From: a virus
IMG/VR virus record: IMGVR_UViG_3300045988_002477
Strand: one strand, 5' to 3'
DNA: 6,035 nt
Position 1 is the stretch's first letter. Every line of letters begins with the position of its first letter. Shown one piece after another: positions 1-3,417 of the stretch. The position numbers were made by a program, and so were the translations under genes. Under the pieces are notes generated by a model. That model was not told the DNA's origin, made no database searches, and saw nothing but the letters and a program-made list of their open reading frames with translations.

Positions 1-119
1 AGTTCGCCTTCGTTGATGGTCGTCAAGAGCTGGTGACTTCGGTCAAATTTGCTTCGTGGTCGTTGCATTCGCGGTACTTGTGCGAAATGGTTTTCACTGT
101 TTCGGTTCGTTTTCCTTCA
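1..119. repeat. Left copy of the exact 119-nt terminal redundancy (circular-assembly overlap). It contains a duplicate of the VP1 start (ATG at 68, minus strand) and the last codons of the 143-aa ORF.
   Basis: A base-by-base comparison shows 1-119 (agttcgccttcgttgatgg...ttcgttttccttca) is identical to 5917-6035. Confidence 0.97.
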
Positions 120-525
120 CCTCTTCCTTCACCTCTTCCTTCTCCTCTTTCTGTTTCGGCTGTTCTGTCTGCTGTCCCTTTTTCAGTTGCTCCAGCGCTT
201 TGGCTGCTGCTTCTGCTTTTTCGTGCATCGTCACGATGTCCTTCGGCAGATTTTCGAGGTCTGTTCCCTCGGTGTATGCTACGCTTTTCGCCTTGATACT
301 CGTGTCTCCCGCTTCCAGTCGTGCGATTGCGCTTGCAAGGTCGTAGCCTTCTCCGGCTCGCTGGATTTTTTCGTATGTGTTCTCTTCCGGCTGCTCGATG
401 TATTCGGTAGTGCCATTCGGTCGCTTGACTGCTTTCCACGTTGGCGCGGTCTTGCTGCCCGGATTGTTTTTTACTCTTTCGGTCGGCAGTCCGTAGTATC
501 TTACCAGTGTATTAGGATTTAACAT
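94..525 (-). CDS. 143-aa protein with an acidic/lysine-rich C-terminal tail; putative internal scaffolding (VP3-like) protein
   Basis: ATG at 525 is preceded by GAAGGAGA with 6-nt spacing. The stop lies 25 nt upstream of the VP1 ATG across the junction, and the ORF overlaps the upstream gene by 14 nt. The central segment YTEGTDLENLPKDIVTMHEKAEAAAKAL loosely resembles the aromatic-x-D-x-T...LP...A...F pattern I recall in gokushovirus VP3. The functional call rests on size, position and composition only. Confidence 0.7.
   Translation of the reverse strand: MLNPNTLVRYYGLPTERVKNNPGSKTAPTWKAVKRPNGTTEYIEQPEENTYEKIQRAGEGYDLASAIARLEAGDTSIKAKSVAYTEGTDLENLPKDIVTMHEKAEAAAKALEQLKKGQQTEQPKQKEEKEEVKEEVKENEPKQ
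114..149. repeat. Three tandem copies of a 12-nt unit (ccttcacctctt x2, ccttctcctctt), encoding the (K/V)-containing EE repeat KEEKEEVKEEVKE at the C-terminus of the 143-aa protein
   Basis: Direct reading gives 114-125 = 126-137, and 138-149 differs at one base. On the coding strand the tract is purine-rich (AAGAGGTGAAGG). Confidence 0.9.
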
Positions 526-766
526 TGGCCGTCTCCTTCAGGTCGATGAGCCGTGCGATGTGTTCGGGCGCCGCTTCGCTCATGTAGCCGGTTTCGGTGT
601 CGAACTCGCCAAGCTCAACCAGACTGATATCTTCGATTTCACTCGGCTTGCTTTCGTTGGCTTTCCATCGTGCCGTTCGGATTGCCTGTGCTCGGTTGTT
701 CTGCAGAAACGGCTGAGAGTAGCCGTTGGTCAGTGCATCGTGGAATGAGTAGAATTTCAGTTTCAT
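512..766 (-). CDS. 84-aa conserved small microvirus non-structural protein (VP5/ORF5-like, the proposed analogue of phiX174 protein C)
   Basis: ATG at 766 is preceded by AAGGAG with 7-nt spacing, and the SD overlaps the stop of the upstream 34-aa ORF. The pattern F.D......QPF...N...A.R ... D..L.E.GE.D..TG matches my recollection of a small protein family common in gokushovirus genomes. The function is not verifiable here. Confidence 0.75.
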   Translation of the reverse strand: MKLKFYSFHDALTNGYSQPFLQNNRAQAIRTARWKANESKPSEIEDISLVELGEFDTETGYMSEAAPEHIARLIDLKETANVKS

Positions 767-778
767 GTTTTTTCTCCT

Positions 779-883
779 TTACTCTTCGTTGTTGTCGTCA
801 TTTTCTTTAACCACTGCATGGTAGATTTTGTCTACCATTGCAAGGATTTTCAAGAGGATATCCATGCTTTCCTTAAAATTCAT
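779..883 (-). CDS. 34-aa hypothetical protein MNFKESMDILLKILAMVDKIYHAVVKENDDNNEE (found by hand, below the ORF-track cutoff)
   Basis: ATG at 883 is preceded by AAAGGAGGTGA with about 7-nt spacing. The TAA stop (779-781) is embedded in the SD of the next gene. The ORF exactly fills an otherwise unexplained gap in a tightly packed operon. It is predicted to be an amphipathic helix plus an acidic tail, with no recognisable family. Confidence 0.5.
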   Translation of the reverse strand: MNFKESMDILLKILAMVDKIYHAVVKENDDNNEE

Positions 884-913
884 CGCTTCACCTCCTTTCT
901 TAGCTTTGCGCAA

Positions 914-1030
914 TTACAGTCGGATGCCGCCCCGTGAGACCTTCGGTCGGACGTTGATGTTTTTCACGCGTTTTGCGGTCTGGGTAAAACGTTTCTGGTC
1001 TCCTCGGCCAGCTCCGCTTCTGTGTGCCAT
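914..1030 (-). CDS. 38-aa arginine/lysine-rich DNA-binding (packaging) peptide, J/ORF8-like: MAHRSGAGRGDQKRFTQTAKRVKNINVRPKVSRGGIRL (found by hand)
   Basis: ATG at 1030 is preceded by AAAGGGGGT with 6-nt spacing and starts 2 nt after the peptidase stop codon. The peptide has about 30% basic residues. The C-terminal RGGIRL resembles the ...MRGGIRF ending I recall for Chlamydia-phage ORF8, the analogue of phiX174 J. Confidence 0.7.
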   Translation of the reverse strand: MAHRSGAGRGDQKRFTQTAKRVKNINVRPKVSRGGIRL

Positions 1031-1032
1031 TT

Positions 1033-1425
1033 TTATACCCCCTTTCTGTATTTGTTAATGCGCGTATCAAAATGCACCCAACTGCTTTCTACGATGATTC
1101 CGCAGGAATCGCTTGGTACTATTTTGTTTAGCGTTTTTGCAATTTCTTTTGGTGTCATGTCTTTTACTATGATGTCTACAGCGCATCCCCTCATGTGGTA
1201 GCTGTACTTTGCACCGTTGACTTTTTTGTTGTGTTCTGGCGTCCGGTATCCGCTTGTTATGATTATCGGTTTATCAATTGTCTTTCGCAGAATTTCCAGT
1301 AGGCCTACCAGATAGTTATCCACGAATACTATTGGACTGCCGTCTTTGCAGGCAAACTCTTTTACCTTGAAGTGTTTTGTTATTTCTATGTTTCCTTGTT
1401 CTGGTACGACGTATGATTTAATCAT
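1033..1425 (-). CDS. Peptidase M15 family (M15A / Peptidase_M15_3-like, zinc D-Ala-D-Ala carboxypeptidase fold) peptidoglycan hydrolase; putative endolysin
   Basis: ATG at 1425 is preceded by AAGGAG with 6-nt spacing. The family motifs are present: FKVKEFACKDG near the N-terminus, SGYRTPEHN, the zinc ligands H77 and D84 in SYHMRGCAVD, and H118 in WVHFD. No N-terminal signal peptide or TM segment is visible. Confidence 0.88.
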   Translation of the reverse strand: MIKSYVVPEQGNIEITKHFKVKEFACKDGSPIVFVDNYLVGLLEILRKTIDKPIIITSGYRTPEHNKKVNGAKYSYHMRGCAVDIIVKDMTPKEIAKTLNKIVPSDSCGIIVESSWVHFDTRINKYRKGV

Positions 1426-1444
1426 GGTTTACTCCTTTTCTTTT

Positions 1445-1474
1445 ATTGTATCATAGATTGTAGCTTTTTTTCAA
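1445..1474 (-). promoter_or_regulatory. Candidate internal sigma70/sigmaA promoter upstream of the peptidase gene: TTGAAA-N18-TGaTACAAT
   Basis: On the minus strand, TTGAAA (1474->1469) overlaps the TGA stop of the 73-aa gene. It is followed by an 18-nt spacer and then TACAAT (1450->1445) preceded by an extended -10 TG. Confidence 0.35.
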
Positions 1475-1692
1475 TCATTTTTTAATTTTTTTTCAAACGC
1501 CCAAATACCTTCTGGAGGAATTTCCCATTCTTTGTAATTGTTGTCTTCATCCCATCTTGTTAGGTTTTCTACATAATTGTTGTACTTGTCGCTCCAGTCT
1601 CTAGTTATTTCGTACTCGTACTTTCCGCTGTACGCTTTTCCTTCGTTGTACAGCGTTTCGATTGTTCTTTTGCTAAGTCTTGGTTTTCTCAT
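1471..1692 (-). CDS. 73-aa hypothetical protein, rich in W/Y/E/K/N (MRKPRLSKRTIETLYNEGKAYSGKYEYEITRDWSDKYNNYVENLTRWDEDNNYKEWEIPPEGIWAFEKKLKND)
   Basis: The ORF track gives 86 aa starting at 1731, but that ATG lies between the -35 and -10 of a near-consensus promoter. The internal ATG at 1692 has GGAAGGTG at 6-nt spacing. No family is recognised and there is no TM segment. Confidence 0.65.
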   Translation of the reverse strand: MRKPRLSKRTIETLYNEGKAYSGKYEYEITRDWSDKYNNYVENLTRWDEDNNYKEWEIPPEGIWAFEKKLKND

Positions 1693-1714
1693 TTTGAGCA
1701 CCTTCCTTTCTTTG

Positions 1715-1747
1715 ATTATATTATACCACATTTTTTATATTTGTCAA
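1715..1747 (-). promoter_or_regulatory. Near-consensus sigma70/sigmaA promoter: TTGACA-N16-TGgTATAAT (a second overlapping TATAAT follows)
   Basis: On the minus strand, TTGACA is at 1747->1742. A 16-nt A-rich spacer follows, then the extended -10 TGG at 1728->1726 and TATAAT at 1725->1720, which overlaps a second TATAAT at 1720->1715. It faces the operon 73-aa gene -> peptidase -> J-like -> ... -> VP1. Confidence 0.7.
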
Positions 1748-1870
1748 TACCTTAAATTGATATATCACTTTGGAGCTTTGCTCCTTTGTTTTGATTGGCG
1801 CTTTAGCGCCCTGCCGTGTGGAGCGCACGCGGAACTCGGCTAAATCCATTCCTTTCTAGCGCTGTGCGCG

Positions 1871-2860
1871 TCAAACTTTCGGTTCACGCCACTTTTGCCT
1901 TAACTTGTCTTTTTCTTTCTGAATGTTGAGGTATGTTTCATAATCCACGCTGGTGCTTTGTTCGAGGTTGATTAAACTTTGTACTGCGCTCCGTCTGCGT
2001 CTGGCTCTAACCTCTCTCAGCTCGTCAGAATGTGCCTTAAAATAGCTTTCAGTGTCTTGGTTGGTATCTTTATCGATGATTTTGTCAAAATAGCGTGGTG
2101 GCCTTTTCTCGCGGCCTCCTGCACAGATGATGCTGTCTGTTTTTAAGATTTCATCTTTGTGCTCGTTCAGATACTTTTCTCCGATGCCTTTTGACATGAT
2201 TCTGAACTCTGGCTCTCTGCCCTGCATCCAGTATTTTACGCTTTCTTCTGCACCAATTGCTTTTTTGTTCACGTATTGTGCTACGTATGCATAGCTGCCT
2301 GGTTGTGCTGGTGAAAAGTCAATCATGCCTTTCCCCCAGATTTTTTCTAGCCATTCGCTTTTAAAATAGCTGTTGCCCTTTTGGTTCTTATACCATTGAG
2401 CATCCGGTGGCTTTAGCCCGAAAATAATCGCATGGTAGTGCGGCCTTTTTGTTCTGTCCCCATATTCAGCAGCTAGGAAATATTTTATTGGTTTCTTGTA
2501 TGCTTTTCGTAGACGTTTTAAAAATAGCTGCACGTCTCGCTTGCTTACTGTCTGACTTTGAATGCTTCTGTAGCCTTTGAGGATTTCTCCGTATGGAATA
2601 TGCTCATCGTCATACGTTAGTGTCAGAAAGATTACATCTTCCCATTCTTTTGCTTCTAGCTCAATTCTGGTTGCCCATTGGTCAGCCATTTGTTTTCGGC
2701 AATACTCGCATTTACCGCATGGTAATAGCGCGAATTTTCCTTTTTTGACACCGTCCATGATGTCCGTTTGCAGCCCTTGCTTTGATAGGTTTTCCAGACT
2801 TCCCCATAACTGTGGTTTTTTCGTGTCCATCTGAAATACTAATGGTTTTGTACATGGCAT
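1871..2860 (-). CDS. Rolling-circle replication initiation protein (Microviridae VP4 / phiX174 protein A analogue, HUH endonuclease)
   Basis: The 329-aa protein has an N-terminal MPCTKPL and the LPCGKCEYCR cysteine cluster typical of gokushovirus VP4. RCR motif I is FLTLTY (78-83), motif II is PHYHAIIFG (140-148), and motif III is the tyrosine pair in YAYVAQYVNKK (190-200). Confidence 0.95.
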   Translation of the reverse strand: MPCTKPLVFQMDTKKPQLWGSLENLSKQGLQTDIMDGVKKGKFALLPCGKCEYCRKQMADQWATRIELEAKEWEDVIFLTLTYDDEHIPYGEILKGYRSIQSQTVSKRDVQLFLKRLRKAYKKPIKYFLAAEYGDRTKRPHYHAIIFGLKPPDAQWYKNQKGNSYFKSEWLEKIWGKGMIDFSPAQPGSYAYVAQYVNKKAIGAEESVKYWMQGREPEFRIMSKGIGEKYLNEHKDEILKTDSIICAGGREKRPPRYFDKIIDKDTNQDTESYFKAHSDELREVRARRRRSAVQSLINLEQSTSVDYETYLNIQKEKDKLRQKWREPKV

Positions 2861-2867
2861 TTTGTTC

Positions 2868-2900
2868 CCGGCACAAGCTTCCTTGTCTATCTTGTGCCGG
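2868..2900 (-). promoter_or_regulatory. Perfect 10-bp inverted repeat (CCGGCACAAG / CTTGTGCCGG) with a 13-nt loop, ending 7 nt upstream of the rep ATG
   Basis: 2868-2877 is the exact reverse complement of 2891-2900. On the mRNA strand the loop AUAGACAAGGAAG holds the only SD-like sequence, about 17 nt from the AUG. A TATAAT (2923->2918, minus strand) lies just upstream. Confidence 0.7.
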
Positions 2901-2934
2901 TTGACACCTCGCTTTCTATTATATTAACTTGTTG

Positions 2935-2952
2935 TAGTAGTAGTAGTAGTAG
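2935..2952. repeat. (TAG)6 trinucleotide microsatellite, (CTA)6 on the coding strand
   Basis: Direct reading shows tagtagtagtagtagtag immediately abutting the first TGTTGAA repeat. It occupies the position where a -35 element for the TATAAT at 2918-2923 would lie. Confidence 0.95.
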
Positions 2953-3119
2953 TGTTGAAACTGTTGAAAACTCGTTTTTTTAACGTTGCTATGTTTATTT
3001 ATTGCTTTTTTGCCTGTTGAAAATTTTGTTGAAAACTTGTTGAATTGTTGAAAGTTCGTCATTATGACGGATTTTGTTGTGCACTTTTGTGTTGAAAACC
3101 TGTTGAAAGTGTTGAAAAC
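2953..3119 (+). repeat. Iteron-like array of nine same-orientation copies of TGTTGAA(A)(A)(C) in three clusters
   Basis: The copies are at 2953-2961 TGTTGAAAC, 2962-2971 TGTTGAAAAC, 3015-3024 TGTTGAAAAT, 3027-3036 TGTTGAAAAC, 3038-3045 TGTTGAAT, 3046-3054 TGTTGAAAG, 3090-3099 TGTTGAAAAC, 3101-3109 TGTTGAAAG and 3110-3119 TGTTGAAAAC. A degenerate TGTTGTG lies at 3075-3081. Spacing within a cluster is 8-12 nt, about one helical turn. Confidence 0.9.
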
Positions 3120-3133
3120 TTAAGTTTTCCACA
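3114..3133. promoter_or_regulatory. 16-nt perfect palindrome GAAAACTTAAGTTTTC (3114-3129) overlapping a DnaA-box match TTTTCCACA (3125-3133)
   Basis: The palindrome was read directly and is formed by the last iteron plus an inverted half-copy. TTTTCCACA fits the relaxed DnaA-box consensus TT(A/T)TNCACA at 9/9 positions. Confidence 0.6.
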
Positions 3134-3191
3134 TAGGATGCTCCTGACATAAATGTCGTGAGCATCTGACCACAGTATATATTTTGAGCTA

Positions 3192-3226
3192 GCACGCGCG
3201 CGCGCGCTTCGCGTGCGTGCGTGCAC
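3192..3226. repeat. Alternating purine-pyrimidine tract: GCAC(GC)6 - TTC - (GCGT)3GCAC; an imperfect palindrome with Z-DNA potential
   Basis: There are two 16-nt perfectly alternating R-Y runs (3192-3207 and 3211-3226). On the displayed strand they fold into 13 pairs, including three G-T wobbles, with a 3-nt loop. On the complementary strand those wobbles become A-C mismatches. Confidence 0.8.
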
Positions 3227-3259
3227 TTTGCCTTATATGCTGTTTGCACTTTAGCCACA

Positions 3260-3294
3260 GCGACAGTCCCCCCGCGTAGGGGGGGCGTTGTCGC
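3260..3294. repeat. Hairpin A: GCGACAG-T-CCCCCC / loop GCGTA / GGGGGG(G)-C-(GT bulge)-TGTCGC
   Basis: C6 (3268-3273) pairs with G6-7 (3279-3285), and 3260-3266 pairs with 3286 plus 3289-3294 around a 2-nt bulge. The left arm 3259-3268 can alternatively pair with 3359-3368 (GACTGTCGCT) as a perfect 10-bp long-range helix. Confidence 0.75.
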
Positions 3295-3340
3295 AAGGGG
3301 GGGACGAAAAACAGCGGCAATGTTTTTCGTCCCCCCTTGC
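3293..3340. repeat. Hairpin B: 16-bp perfect stem (GGGGGGACGAAAAACA / TGTTTTTCGTCCCCCC) with the 7-nt loop GCGGCAA; extendable to 20 bp with one bulged G
   Basis: 3298-3313 is the exact reverse complement of 3321-3336. With G3297 bulged, 3293-3296 also pairs with 3337-3340. Confidence 0.9.
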
Positions 3341-3417
3341 TTTATATGATTATGTTTTGACTGTCGCTTGTCTGGTGCCCCTGTGTTGGGGAACCTTAGC
3401 TTTGCGCGGAGGGGTTT

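Noticed and set aside
23-439. 138-aa arginine-rich minus-strand ORF overlapping the 143-aa gene and the VP1 start in another frame (contains the RGEGRGEGRGEG repeat)
   Set aside because: The repeat is simply the 12-nt EEVK tandem repeat read out of frame. No SD precedes its ATG at 439. It would run through the VP1 start. Overlapping genes do exist in phiX174-like phages, so conservation could be checked, but nothing in the sequence supports it.
1693-1731. The longer 86-aa form of the first operon gene, starting at the ATG at 1731
   Set aside because: That ATG lies within the spacer of the TTGACA-N16-TATAAT promoter, so it would be upstream of the predicted transcription start, and it has no SD. 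The ATG at 1692 has a strong SD.
1721-1849. 42-aa minus-strand ORF (MDLAEFRVRSTRQGAKAPIKTKEQSSKVIYQFKVLTNIKNVV) in the rep-to-promoter spacer
   Set aside because: The SD-like AAGGA abuts the ATG with essentially no spacing. The frame reads through two hairpins and the entire -35/-10 of the strong promoter. It is more parsimonious to treat this region as regulatory DNA.
2901-2927. Plus-strand promoter reading into the iteron region (perfect TTGACA at 2901-2906). Together with hairpin B plus the T-rich tail at 3298-3358 acting as a plus-strand terminator, it would define a ~420-nt intergenic ncRNA.
   Set aside because: The available -10-like hexamers (TATATT at 2920 and TATTAA at 2922) have spacers of only 13-15 nt, and nothing better lies at 16-18 nt. 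The idea is attractive but is not supported by the sequence alone.
2953-3119. CRISPR array as an explanation for the short repeats
   Set aside because: The repeat unit is only 8-10 nt and the gaps between copies are 0-43 nt, with no regular repeat-spacer periodicity. No cas genes are possible in a 5.9-kb phage. The layout fits iterons or binding sites, not CRISPR.
2995-3258. 87-aa minus-strand ORF (MAKVQTAYKAK...QQVFNKIFNRQKSNK) spanning the iteron array and the CG tract
   Set aside because: It starts with GTG, not ATG (codon at 3258->3256), and has no convincing SD. Its sequence is dictated by the DNA repeats: QQVFN/QHFQQVFN are translations of GTTTTCAACA copies, and AREARAR comes from the CG tract. 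It sits in the only large non-coding region. It is most likely a chance open frame, although expression has not been excluded.
3333-3360. Possible dif-like XerC/XerD recombination site (TTATGTT core at 3350-3356), as used by integrating gokushovirus prophages. Also the flanking 14-nt direct repeats TTGCCTTATATGCT (3228-3241) and TTGCTTTATATGAT (3337-3350).
   Set aside because: Only the TTATGT(T) part of the XerD arm matches, about 7/11 to E. coli dif. The putative XerC arm (CCCCTTGCTTT) matches about 1/11 to the B. subtilis dif XerC arm (ACTTCCTAGAA), and it lacks the ATAA core shared with the E. coli arm (GGTGCGCATAA). The inner palindrome CATAA...TTATG is absent. The 12/14 direct repeat is real, but I cannot assign it a function.
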